A stretch of 64,000 nt of DNA, from the NCBI GenBank assembly GCA_963730785.1, contig CAVSTF010000016.1, positions 165,573-229,572 of the forward strand, written 5' to 3'. Under the pieces are notes generated by a model. The model saw nothing but the letters and a program-made list of their open reading frames with translations, was not told where the DNA came from and did not search any database. The translations under genes were made by a program, and so were the position numbers. Source of the stretch: an uncultured Acidimicrobiaceae bacterium (GTDB lineage Bacteria > Actinomycetota > Acidimicrobiia > Acidimicrobiales > RAAP-2). This document shows, piece by piece, positions 8,795 through 17,597 of the stretch. Within the stretch, counting starts at the first letter, position 1. Every line of letters starts with the position of its first letter.

Positions 8795-10522
8795 GTGGAA
8801 CGGGTGCTCTTTGCTCCGCGGGAGCTTCCTCCGTTACCGCCAGACGTAGCGGAAGATCCCTCGCCATTCTCCGCCTGGGTGACAGCCCGGGAGACCGAAC
8901 GCACCCGCCTCTTTCGAGACGTTCCGGGCGAGACCCTGCAGTTGCTGATGCTCATCGCCGGCGAACCCCCGCCGGAGACCGTGGACACCCTGCGGAGCCT
9001 GCAACAGCAGCTCAGTAGTCGGTGGAACCTGCACGTCGTCCTCCCGGCTGCCGCCCAATCCGACTTCACGGCCTTACTGACCGTGTCTGGACTCCAGAAG
9101 TCCAGTCGTCGGGTGCAGACCCATACTTCTGAGGCGATCGAGTTCGACCAACTGCTGGCGGCCGGACTGGCCACCTGTCAGTCCGCATTTGTGGGTGTGA
9201 TCTATCCCGGGGATGTCTGGGCTCCGGACGCGGTCGGGATGTTGCTGAATAGCCTCGCTCCCGACGGTGCCGTCTACGGGGATGAGGATGTCCTCATCCC
9301 CAGCGGATCGCACAGTGGTCCCAGACTCAAACCGGCCTATTCGAGCGACTTCCTCCTCTCCACCTCCTACGTGGGTCGCCCGCTGGCCTTTGGTCCAACG
9401 GTGCAGCAACGGCTCTCCGACAACCTCACGGATTCACCCGTACGCAACGAACACGACCTGGCTATCCGGGTCTGTGAATTCGCCCACCACGTCGACCACA
9501 TCGCTGAAGTGCTCTGCCATCGGATGGCGTCAGCCATAACGGCCGAAGGTCCAGTCTCCTTTGAGAGCAGTCACATCACCGCCGCCTTGCAGCGTCGAGG
9601 CGAATCGGGCGTCGTGCATCCGGGGCCAGCGATCGGTACCTTCAAGGTGTCCCGCCACGCGGCGGCCACCCGGGCCAGCATCATCATTCCCTTTCGCGAC
9701 GAACCTCGGTTCCTGAGGGACTGCATCGATTCCGTCGACGCCACCAAGGGCACTCAAGAGGTGGAATTCGTGCTCATCGACAACGGATCGGTACAACCGG
9801 AGACGGCCACCCTGCTCGATCGACTCGGGGCTCGCAGTGACGTGCACATCATTAAGGATGCTCGGCCCTTCAACTGGGCCGCGCTGAACAACCTGGGAGC
9901 CGAAACGGCAACCGGCGAGATTTTGGTCTTTCTGAACAACGACATTGAAGCTCGGGACGACGGTTGGCTGAGCACCTTGTGTGCGCAAGCCCAACGACCT
10001 TCCATCGGCGCAGTGGGAGCCCGCTTGATCTATCCCGATGGCCGCCTGCAGCACTGCGGGGTCGTGATTGGGCTGGGTGGCGCCGCTGGGCACACCTTGG
10101 TGGGACTTCAGGCGAATCAAACCGGCTATCTCCACATGGCCGCCGTGACTCGTGAGTGTGCCGCCGTGACCGGCGCCTGTCTGGCCACCCGCCGAGAAGT
10201 GTTCAGCGCACTCTCGGGCTTCGATGCATCACTCGGAGTGGATCTCAATGACATCGACTATTGCCTCCGAGCTCAGCTCAGCGGGTGGCACGTCCTGGTG
10301 GACCCCAGCGTCGAGTTGGTCCACTACGAATCGCCGAGCCGGGGCACCGCAGGCGACACCAAAGACATTGCCCATTTCATCGATCGGTGGGAAGGTTCGA
10401 TCCGAGCGGGTGATCCCTACTTGAACGCCAACCTGACTCGTGCTGACGCAACCTGTCGACTGCGTGGTCCCAATGAAGAAGGGTGGTGGCAACAATGGCG
10501 ACTGAACCTCCGCAGCACGTAG
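8795..10522 (+). CDS. two-domain GT2 glycosyltransferase (degenerate N-terminal GT-A-like domain plus intact C-terminal GT2)
   Basis: C-terminal half IIIPFRDEPRFL...VLIDNGS...ILVFLNNDIE...GAVGARLIYPDGRLQHCGVVIG matches the second domain of 35580-37649. The N-terminal half lacks a DXD motif. Confidence 0.75.
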   Translation: MERVLFAPRELPPLPPDVAEDPSPFSAWVTARETERTRLFRDVPGETLQLLMLIAGEPPPETVDTLRSLQQQLSSRWNLHVVLPAAAQSDFTALLTVSGLQKSSRRVQTHTSEAIEFDQLLAAGLATCQSAFVGVIYPGDVWAPDAVGMLLNSLAPDGAVYGDEDVLIPSGSHSGPRLKPAYSSDFLLSTSYVGRPLAFGPTVQQRLSDNLTDSPVRNEHDLAIRVCEFAHHVDHIAEVLCHRMASAITAEGPVSFESSHITAALQRRGESGVVHPGPAIGTFKVSRHAAATRASIIIPFRDEPRFLRDCIDSVDATKGTQEVEFVLIDNGSVQPETATLLDRLGARSDVHIIKDARPFNWAALNNLGAETATGEILVFLNNDIEARDDGWLSTLCAQAQRPSIGAVGARLIYPDGRLQHCGVVIGLGGAAGHTLVGLQANQTGYLHMAAVTRECAAVTGACLATRREVFSALSGFDASLGVDLNDIDYCLRAQLSGWHVLVDPSVELVHYESPSRGTAGDTKDIAHFIDRWEGSIRAGDPYLNANLTRADATCRLRGPNEEGWWQQWRLNLRST

Positions 10523-10908
10523 CCCCACCAATGCTGCTGACCCGGCCAGCCGATGCGCCACCGGCGCTGGAGCCGCTGCGCGGGACTGAGGTCATTCGAT
10601 CGCTCCACTTGGATTGGGCCCGCCTCCATGGCGCACCGCCGGGCCCAGCGACGCTATGGCAACGCCTGCTGCGCAAGGTCCGTCGAAGCCTGCCCTTCGG
10701 AGCGGCCGACCGCGAACTCATTGGTGCACTCATTCGAGGGGTCGACCTGATTGCGGCCCGGTGCGATGAGATGGCAGACCGACTGGCCACCACCGAAACG
10801 TTGACGTCCGAAGTCACTCGATCTTTCGGGCAGGACATCACGCACCTCCGGGCCGACCTCATGACCCTGCAGGCTGCCCTGGCCCACGCGGCGCAACCAG
10901 ATCGGTGA
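10483..10908 (+). CDS. hypothetical protein (predicted helical/coiled-coil), between two glycosyltransferase genes
   Basis: ORF overlaps the upstream gene by 40 nt and the downstream gene by a GTGA. Real start may be the internal Met (MLLTRPAD...). No recognisable domain. Confidence 0.35.
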   Translation: MVATMATEPPQHVAPPMLLTRPADAPPALEPLRGTEVIRSLHLDWARLHGAPPGPATLWQRLLRKVRRSLPFGAADRELIGALIRGVDLIAARCDEMADRLATTETLTSEVTRSFGQDITHLRADLMTLQAALAHAAQPDR

Positions 10909-11864
10909 GCCAGTCTCCGGTCGTTCTCTGCAGCCGTACCTGGTCGGAACGAAGTTCCGAACTTGCCTATGCCATCCGCGCCATCGCCGGTGCTGCCTCA
11001 CGTGGTGGGCCGATCGCCGTCTGTGTGCCAGGCCCGACCGGTCATCCCGAGGCCGACGGAGCCTTTGATCTCGTCCCCGTGGGGGTCGATCCATCAGGTG
11101 GATGGCCGCGTCAGCCCGATGTCACCAACCTCAACTCGCCCAATGAGGCCGTCGTTGTCATGGATGTTGATGAACCCGGCATTGAGCCGTTGCTCGCATT
11201 GCTCCCGCACTCCGGCCGCCGATTTGCGCTCTCCGGTGAGGTCGACGGCACGCAGCCCCTCAAGACGGTGGCCTTGGAGACGGACCGGGACGAGCACTTC
11301 ATTGGGCTGCACGTGCCCATCAATCCCCTGGCCGCCACTCACCGTCACAACGGATTCGGGTTTGTCGATTACGTGCTCCTGCTGTCTGGACGAAGCGGCA
11401 ACCATGAGGTCCCACCCGACGAAGTGGCGTGGGTGACGGCCGGCTTTCCCGACGCTGACGTGGTGGTGATCGAAAACGGGATCGCCTCAGTGTGGAAGGG
11501 CCGGGCACTCCGGGGGTCAACGGCCGTCGATACCCGTACCGACCTCTGGCGACTCATCGCTCACGCCCGGATGTGCATCGACCTCTCGCCCGGGGCCACG
11601 TTGGCCAAGGAGTGCATCGAGTCGCTGCGCTACGGCACCCCGATCCTGGTGCCAAACAACGCCGCTGCCGCGGCGGTCCATGCCCAGTCCGGGGGTGGAT
11701 TCACCTATGAGTCGATGGGGCAACTGGTGCAGCGCGTGACGCAGCTTCTCGACGACAGCATCCGACAGACTCTTTCTGATGCCGGGCGTCGGTACGCCGA
11801 CAACACCTACGGCGATCCGATTGCCTTCACCGAGCGGGTGTCGGAAGTGCTCCACGCTCCGTGA
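10905..11864 (+). CDS. putative GT-B fold glycosyltransferase (GT4-like C-terminal domain)
   Basis: C-terminal region ...ESLRYGTPILVPNNAAAAAVHAQSGGGFTYESMGQLVQRV resembles the GT1/GT4 C-terminal nucleotide-sugar-binding domain. GTG start overlaps the upstream stop. Confidence 0.5.
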   Translation: MSQSPVVLCSRTWSERSSELAYAIRAIAGAASRGGPIAVCVPGPTGHPEADGAFDLVPVGVDPSGGWPRQPDVTNLNSPNEAVVVMDVDEPGIEPLLALLPHSGRRFALSGEVDGTQPLKTVALETDRDEHFIGLHVPINPLAATHRHNGFGFVDYVLLLSGRSGNHEVPPDEVAWVTAGFPDADVVVIENGIASVWKGRALRGSTAVDTRTDLWRLIAHARMCIDLSPGATLAKECIESLRYGTPILVPNNAAAAAVHAQSGGGFTYESMGQLVQRVTQLLDDSIRQTLSDAGRRYADNTYGDPIAFTERVSEVLHAP

Positions 11865-12633
11865 CGACCTGACGCCGTCGGATCTCAAAGAAGACGACCG
11901 CAGCGGCGGCCGCCACATTGAGCGATTCCACGCCATCAGCCATCGGAATGCGGACCGACGTCGAGACAAACGGTTTTACGTCCTCGGAGAGACCGGCGTG
12001 CTCGCTACCCAAGACGAGAGCCGTTCGGCTGGAGAATTCGGCCTCCCACAGATCCACCTCACCATCGGAGTCCAACTCCATCAGTGAGAATCCGTTGTCT
12101 TTCAGCGACTGAGCGGCTTCGGCCGCCGTGCGCACTCGCACCAACGGGGCCCGAAAGGCCAATCCCGCGGATGCCTTGATGGTCAACGGCCCCAGGTCGG
12201 CGACCCCACGGGTCGGCACAACCACCCCGTCAATGCCACCCGCTACGGCCGATCGGATGATCATCCCAACGTTGGCCGGCGTCGTAATCCCGTCGAGCAG
12301 CACACTGGTGACGGACAGTTGCCGGGACACCGCACCCAGCCACTGCTCGAGCGATGCCTTGTTGGGCGTCTCGATGTCGGCCGCAATCCCCTGGTGCTGC
12401 TTGCCGGTGCCACTGATGCGCGTCACCCGGTCCCGAGTCACCACCTGGACCGATATGCCTCGTCGAGACGCACCGGCTTCGATCTGCCGCAGGATGGGGC
12501 GCGACACATCTGAGGCGACGAACACCTGGGCCACCGTCAGTGAGTCGTCTGCCAACGCCTCCAGCACAGGGTTGCGCCCAAACACGGTGAGATAGCGCTC
12601 TCGGGGTGATCGCGAGTCCGCAATTTCCGGCAC
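11827..12633 (-). CDS. TrmH/SpoU family RNA 2'-O-methyltransferase
   Basis: LVLGSEHAGLS and VESLNVAAAAAVVFFE are SPOUT-class motifs. Confidence 0.85.
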   Translation of the reverse strand: MPEIADSRSPRERYLTVFGRNPVLEALADDSLTVAQVFVASDVSRPILRQIEAGASRRGISVQVVTRDRVTRISGTGKQHQGIAADIETPNKASLEQWLGAVSRQLSVTSVLLDGITTPANVGMIIRSAVAGGIDGVVVPTRGVADLGPLTIKASAGLAFRAPLVRVRTAAEAAQSLKDNGFSLMELDSDGEVDLWEAEFSSRTALVLGSEHAGLSEDVKPFVSTSVRIPMADGVESLNVAAAAAVVFFEIRRRQVVTERGALPTPAR

Positions 12634-12651
12634 GCCTCAGCGTAACTTCGC

Positions 12652-13305
12652 TCAGCTGCCAGCGAACAATGCTGGCAGCTCGCTCATGTGATCAAACAGA
12701 ACGACACCCGGCAAGGCCAGCCTCGTGCGCTCGGTGACGCCTCCCGCAAATCCGAACACGGTCATGCCCGCGGCCAGGGCCGCTCTAACCCCAGAAACGC
12801 TGTCCTCCACCACGACGCAGGATCCCGCAGGTACACCCATCCGATCAGCGGCGTGCAGGAAGATGTCTGGTGCTGGTTTGCCGTGTGCCACCTCGGACGC
12901 GCTGAAGATCCGCCCAGTGAAGCGCTCCGACAACCCGGTGAGTCCAAGTGTGAAAGCCATCCGTTCATGCGTTCCGCTGGAAGCCACGCAGTATGGGATG
13001 GACAGACCATCGAGCACGTCGACAATCCCATCGATGGCCACCAGGTCACGCCGGAAGATCTCTTCGTAGCGGTCCTCGAACTCGGACTGCCAATCCACCG
13101 CTCGGCCGAGATGCGTCTCAATCTCCTGATGCATGTGGGCCGCCGTACGGCCGACGAATCGTTCGATGATGTCGGCCTCGGACAACGGCCAGCCGAGCCC
13201 CCGCAGGATGTCGGCTTCGGCCCGAACCGTCAGCCGCTCGGTGTCCACCAACACGCCGTCGCAGTCGAATATGACCAGGTCGAATTTATTGGGCACGGCG
13301 TGCAC
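12652..13305 (-). CDS. HAD family hydrolase (beta-phosphoglucomutase-like)
   Basis: Motif I DLVIFDCDGVLVDTE. The track ORF extends to 13365, but a GTG near 13296-13305 gives a start that does not overlap the APH stop. Confidence 0.8.
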   Translation of the reverse strand: MHAVPNKFDLVIFDCDGVLVDTERLTVRAEADILRGLGWPLSEADIIERFVGRTAAHMHQEIETHLGRAVDWQSEFEDRYEEIFRRDLVAIDGIVDVLDGLSIPYCVASSGTHERMAFTLGLTGLSERFTGRIFSASEVAHGKPAPDIFLHAADRMGVPAGSCVVVEDSVSGVRAALAAGMTVFGFAGGVTERTRLALPGVVLFDHMSELPALFAGS

Positions 13306-14176
13306 GCTGAACGGAGTCGGCCACGGACCGGGCGTAGAGGTCAGCACGATGTCGCAACAGTTCAACCGTCAGGCGTGCCCCGAACGAGTTGAAGGCCATC
13401 ACGCCAGCAAACTCGCTATCCCACATGAAGAGCTCGGCGGCATCCCACCACGAATGATGCTGATAGCCGCTCACCCGCTCCGTGTACGCCCGCAGGAACC
13501 GATCGGCGGCGACGACATCATCCACCAGAGCCAAGTTCGACCTGACGTGGGCAATCTCAGCTCCCCGAGGACCCCGGCAGGCCAGTGTCCAATCGACAAT
13601 GCCAACGAGTTCGTCTTGTTCCCAAAGCAAGTTGCCCGGATGAAAGTCCCGATGGAGAAAGGTCGGCTCCCAAGTCGGTTCCGGCTCGGTCATCACGTTG
13701 ACCAGCACTTTCCACGCTTCTTCATCCATTGACCACTTGGGTATCCCAATCGATTCCTCATCGAACCAATGACGAAAATCCGGTAATTCAGGCGGTACAG
13801 ACTGGCCATGGAGTGTGGCCAAGGGCAGTGCCAACGCATCGGGATTGGTGCCGTGAATGCGAGCTGACCCGGGCAGGTAGGTCATGAGAAGCGCTGGATA
13901 GCCCACGACGTCCGCCTTGGGATCGCTGCCCACCACCACTGGCACCAGGCCACCAAACACCTGCTGGGCCGCCGCAAGCGCAACGATCTCGTCACGTACG
14001 AGATTGGGGTGATGCTCGACCAACGCCTCGTTTAGATACCGACGCAACACCAGCAGTCGTCCATCGGCGTCGACCAGGCTCAGATCCGACACAATCCCGA
14101 ACGTCAGCGACCGAACTTCCCTGACCTCCCGAGCACCCACCACGGACGCAATCCAGTCCCGGGAGGCATCGTCCAC
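13286..14176 (-). CDS. phosphotransferase (APH/choline-kinase-like) family protein
   Basis: Brenner-type motif HRDFHPGNLLW and a downstream IVDW. GTG start at 14176. Confidence 0.8.
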   Translation of the reverse strand: MDDASRDWIASVVGAREVREVRSLTFGIVSDLSLVDADGRLLVLRRYLNEALVEHHPNLVRDEIVALAAAQQVFGGLVPVVVGSDPKADVVGYPALLMTYLPGSARIHGTNPDALALPLATLHGQSVPPELPDFRHWFDEESIGIPKWSMDEEAWKVLVNVMTEPEPTWEPTFLHRDFHPGNLLWEQDELVGIVDWTLACRGPRGAEIAHVRSNLALVDDVVAADRFLRAYTERVSGYQHHSWWDAAELFMWDSEFAGVMAFNSFGARLTVELLRHRADLYARSVADSVQRARRAQ

Positions 14177-14234
14177 TGGTAGTCAGGGGCGCAGTATCCG
14201 ACGAGCGGATCTGTTTCCCCATCCCCCTTTCGAT

Positions 14235-14264
14235 CTGTACGTGCGGTTTTCCCGCATACAGCTC
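14235..14264 (-). other. group II intron domain V (catalytic hairpin)
   Basis: The reverse complement of the plus strand reads GAGCTGTATGCGGGAAAACCGCACGTACAG, the bacterial DV consensus with AGC triad and GAAA tetraloop. It lies ~50 nt 3' of the IEP stop. Confidence 0.75.
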
Positions 14265-14286
14265 ACCGACGGTCTTCTTGACATGG

Positions 14287-15630
14287 TTACGCAGCTTTCG
14301 GATAACGGATAGTGCCCATGAGCTTGTGCAGACCCTGGTCGTGTAGCCAGGTCGGAGTCCAACGATCCGCTTGACCGGCTCGCAAGTTGCGTCCTCGCTT
14401 CTTGACGAGCAAGCGGAAGAGGCGCCACCAGACGTAGCGGTCCAGGGAGATGAACTTGGTACCCGCATTTCCGGTGCGAAAGTAATTGCCCCAACCCCGA
14501 AGGAATGGGTTCAGGCGTGCGATGACGTCTTCTAACTTCCGTCCGGCTTGGCTTCGACCGGTAAGCGCCTTGATCTTGGCTCGGGCACGCTTCATGGACC
14601 GCACTGACGGCCAGCGGTGGAGGTAGTAACGAACAATTCGTCTTTGCTCCCACAACTTGCCGGACATACGGGCCCGAAAATGGCACCCAAGGAAGTCAAA
14701 GCCCTCTTTGCCCTCACGGAGGTCGACCACTTTGGTCTTGTCCGGATGAAGGCTCAGACCGAGGTCACCCAAAAGGACGGTGGCCCGCCGCTGGGCTTCT
14801 TCGGCCTGTTCCTGGGACGAACACAGCACCACGAAGTCGTCCGCATAACGGACGACTTCACCGACGCCATGTTCTTTCCAGGCCCGGTCGAATGCATTGA
14901 GGTGGATGTTGGCCAAAAGGGGCGAGATCACCCCTCCCTGGGGCGTCCCCGTGACCGACTCGGTGACGACACCATTGACTAATGCACCTGCTTGCAGCCA
15001 CTGCCGCAGCAACTTGAGTACCCGTCGGTCCGACACCCGCTCGGCGACTAGAGCCAACAATCTCTCGTGGTCGATGGAGCCGAAGAAGTCCGAGATATCG
15101 GCCTCAAAGACAAACTGGTTGCCTTGGGTAAAGCCGACACGGATCTTCTCCATGGCATCGGTGGCCGAGCGCTTGGGTCGAAACCCAAACGAGCAGTCCA
15201 AGAAGTCGGCCTCGAAGATTGGTTCGAGGACGATCTTGGCGGCCTGCTGGCACACACGGTCTGTGACAGTCGGGATGCCCAATGGTCGTTTGGACCCATC
15301 AGGCTTTGGAATCTCCACCCGGCGCACTGGCGACGGGTGGTAGGTGCCTGCACGAAGGCGCTCTTGAAGTTCGGCGATCATCCGCTCTACTCCATAGGCC
15401 TCCACTGCAGCGATGGTCAATGCATCGACCCCCGCTGCCCCACGATTGGCTCGGACACGCTCCCACGCCTCTTCGAGAATGTCGTCTCGATAGATGCGGT
15501 CAAACAGGGCGTGGAAAGCCCGATCCTTTGACTGCTTGGCCGTAGCCCATAGTCGGTTCTGGAGTTGTCGCACTTTGTCGGGGGCAAGATGCTTGCCCCC
15601 GGGGAAGTTGGACCGGGCGGTCCCGGCCAT
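14287..15630 (-). CDS. group II intron-encoded reverse transcriptase/maturase (no recognisable En/HNH domain)
   Basis: RT motifs PKPDGSKRPLGIPTVTDRVCQQA, FDxxSIDHERL and YADDFVV, plus a C-terminal X/maturase region (RGWGNYF). The track ORF runs to 15759, but the internal Met (MAGTARSNF...) is the usual IEP start. Confidence 0.9.
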   Translation of the reverse strand: MAGTARSNFPGGKHLAPDKVRQLQNRLWATAKQSKDRAFHALFDRIYRDDILEEAWERVRANRGAAGVDALTIAAVEAYGVERMIAELQERLRAGTYHPSPVRRVEIPKPDGSKRPLGIPTVTDRVCQQAAKIVLEPIFEADFLDCSFGFRPKRSATDAMEKIRVGFTQGNQFVFEADISDFFGSIDHERLLALVAERVSDRRVLKLLRQWLQAGALVNGVVTESVTGTPQGGVISPLLANIHLNAFDRAWKEHGVGEVVRYADDFVVLCSSQEQAEEAQRRATVLLGDLGLSLHPDKTKVVDLREGKEGFDFLGCHFRARMSGKLWEQRRIVRYYLHRWPSVRSMKRARAKIKALTGRSQAGRKLEDVIARLNPFLRGWGNYFRTGNAGTKFISLDRYVWWRLFRLLVKKRGRNLRAGQADRWTPTWLHDQGLHKLMGTIRYPKAA

Positions 15631-16138
15631 GCCCTCACGCTTACCTCTGTTCCCAACTTGACCGAAGTCGGGGTCCTTCCCTCCTGCTGGGTTTCTCCCA
15701 GCGATCGGCAGTACTACGACCCCGTCGGACTCCCGCTGCACTCCGTCCAATTTCACCATTGGCTTATATGGCCGGTCTTTGCTGACAAGGCTGCGCAGAC
15801 GGGTCTCTCCTGTTCCGAATCAAGCCGTGCGTACGTGCCGCTCCCCATACCCCGGAGGAACTCGACCAAGGGCATGTCCGGAACGCCAGTAGGTCGAATA
15901 CTGCCTTCGCCATGAAGTGAGTGGCTCGGCTTCCTCGTTATAGATTTGACGACGCTGCAGGACTCATGCCGGGTGGCACTACGGCCCGCACGCTTGCTCC
16001 CTCCGAAGAGGCTCTTGACGCCCCGCTCAGCCCGACACCTCTCGATGTCGAACCGGGGCCTGCTACTGGGCTTTCCGGCTCTTACCCAGGTGGGACTTGC
16101 ACCCACAGGTTTGATCCAGCTTTCAGGACGCACCACTG

Positions 16139-16177
16139 GAAAATCTTACGGTCATCGGCGGTGTCACCGGACGACCG
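16139..16177 (-). terminator. terminator-like stem-loop plus U-run immediately 5' of the intron insertion site
   Basis: Minus-strand RNA reads CGGUCGUC-(13 nt)-GAUGACCG followed by UAAGAUUUUCC, then 6 nt, then the intron GUGCG. The stem has 7 Watson-Crick pairs and one G-U. Confidence 0.4.
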
Positions 16178-16197
16178 CCATCTACCATGGCCCGGCC

Positions 16198-17076
16198 GTG
16201 AGTCCTCACCCAGAATCCGTCACCTACATACCCTCTGTCGAGGATGTACGTATTGCCGTGCACGACCTCGGAGGACCAGAGGATCCATCGGCCCCGATTC
16301 TGCTCTTTTCCCACGCCACCGGATTCCACGCTCGGGTGTGGGAACCGCTCGCCGCCGTTCTTCAATCGCACTTCCGTTGCCTCGCCATCGACCACCGGGG
16401 TCACGGGCTCACCGGTTTACCGGAAGGCGCCAGCATCAATTGGTCGCACATGGGCGACGATGTTGTCGCCGTTCTCAAGAGTGACCTCATCGGTCCAGAC
16501 CGAGAGGTGCATGGCATCGGGCACTCCATGGGTGGAGCGGCTCTCGTGTTGGCCGGACGACGACGTCCGGGTGCCCTGCGGTCGTTGTGGCTGTACGAGC
16601 CCGTCATCGTTCCGCCCGGCGCGCTACCGCCCGACACTGCGCCCAATTTTATGGCTGAGGCAGCGGCGCGGCGAAGGATGCGGTTCGACTCCAAGGAGGC
16701 GGCACTGGCCAACTACGCCTCCAAGCCACCGCTCAATGAACTCCATCCGGACGCGCTTCGAGCCTACGTCGACGGGGGCTTCGCCGAAGTCGGTGATGGC
16801 ACGGTTGAACTTCGGTGCCATCCCAGTTGGGAAGCTGACGTCTACCGCGGTGCGGCCCACAGTGGAGCCTGGGATGCAGTCAGTCACCTCAACATCCCCA
16901 TCGCACTGGCCGTGGGGCGAAGCGAACCATTCGGCCCCGTCGCCTTTGCTCCCCATGTCCTCCGCGTCCTCATCAATGGCACATCGGTTGATCGACCACA
17001 CCTCGGTCACTTCGGGCCGCTCGAAGACCCGGCATCAATGGCCACCGACGTCGAGCAGTGGGTGACGTCAGCTTGA
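16198..17076 (+). CDS. alpha/beta hydrolase fold protein
   Basis: Nucleophile elbow GIGHSMGG and N-terminal HDLGGP...PILLFSHATGF. The track ORF starts at 15946 but overlaps the intron; the in-frame GTG at 16198 gives a typical N-terminus. Confidence 0.8.
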   Translation: MSPHPESVTYIPSVEDVRIAVHDLGGPEDPSAPILLFSHATGFHARVWEPLAAVLQSHFRCLAIDHRGHGLTGLPEGASINWSHMGDDVVAVLKSDLIGPDREVHGIGHSMGGAALVLAGRRRPGALRSLWLYEPVIVPPGALPPDTAPNFMAEAAARRRMRFDSKEAALANYASKPPLNELHPDALRAYVDGGFAEVGDGTVELRCHPSWEADVYRGAAHSGAWDAVSHLNIPIALAVGRSEPFGPVAFAPHVLRVLINGTSVDRPHLGHFGPLEDPASMATDVEQWVTSA

Positions 17077-17159
17077 GGGGCTGGAGTCGGCCGTTTGATC
17101 GAACAAGCAACCAAGCCGCCGTGATCATGTGACAGGTGTTGGCCACTAACCTCGCGTGA

Positions 17160-17555
17160 ATGGAACTTCCTCAACGTCTTGTCGAGTTGATGCGACATCC
17201 GAATCCATGCTTCATCACCACATTGATGCCTGACGGCTCACCTCAAACAACCGAGACTTGGGTCGACACAGATGATGAGCATGTGATCATCAATACGGTT
17301 CAGACCCACCAGAAGATGCACAACATTCGCCGTGACCCCCGCGTGTCCGTCGCCATCTGCGATGCCGCCGAACCTTCTCGTTATTACGCAGTCCGTGGGC
17401 GGGTCACGAACATCACCACCGAAGGCGGGGCCGACCACATTGAGGTCTTGTCCCAGCGTTACACCGGCGGCCCATATCAGTGGTACGGCGGACGGGATCA
17501 AGTTCGGGTGATCCTGACGATCACCGCCGACCAGATCCACTCCATGGACAGATAG
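17160..17555 (+). CDS. PPOX-class (pyridoxamine 5'-phosphate oxidase-like) probable F420-dependent enzyme
   Basis: 131 aa, TLMPDGSPQTTETWVDTDDEHVIINT, typical of the actinobacterial PPOX-class F420 family. Confidence 0.7.
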   Translation: MELPQRLVELMRHPNPCFITTLMPDGSPQTTETWVDTDDEHVIINTVQTHQKMHNIRRDPRVSVAICDAAEPSRYYAVRGRVTNITTEGGADHIEVLSQRYTGGPYQWYGGRDQVRVILTITADQIHSMDR

Positions 17556-17597
17556 TCGACGGATCGGAGCACCGCATCAGTACTTGTTCGGTCGTGC

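Larger units (their letters stand above)
14194..16133 (-). mobile_element. bacterial group II intron, ~1.94 kb, ORF in domain IV
   Basis: 5' end GTGCGTCCTGAAAGC... on the minus strand at 16133. Domain V GAGCUGUAUGCGGGAAAACCGCACGUACAG at 14235-14264. Domain VI is followed by ...GGATAC ending at 14194. An RT/maturase ORF lies inside. Confidence 0.8.

Noticed and set aside
14287-15759. Reverse transcriptase considered as a retron/DRT-type defence RT
   Set aside because: It has a full group II intron maturase (X) domain. It is also flanked by an intron 5' GUGCG end, a consensus domain V and a domain VI, so it is an intron-encoded protein rather than a stand-alone defence RT.
15946-16197. N-terminal 84 codons of the track ORF 15946-17076 (alpha/beta hydrolase)
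   Set aside because: They lie inside the intron 5' region on the opposite strand and are low-complexity. The hydrolase fold begins right after the in-frame GTG at 16198.
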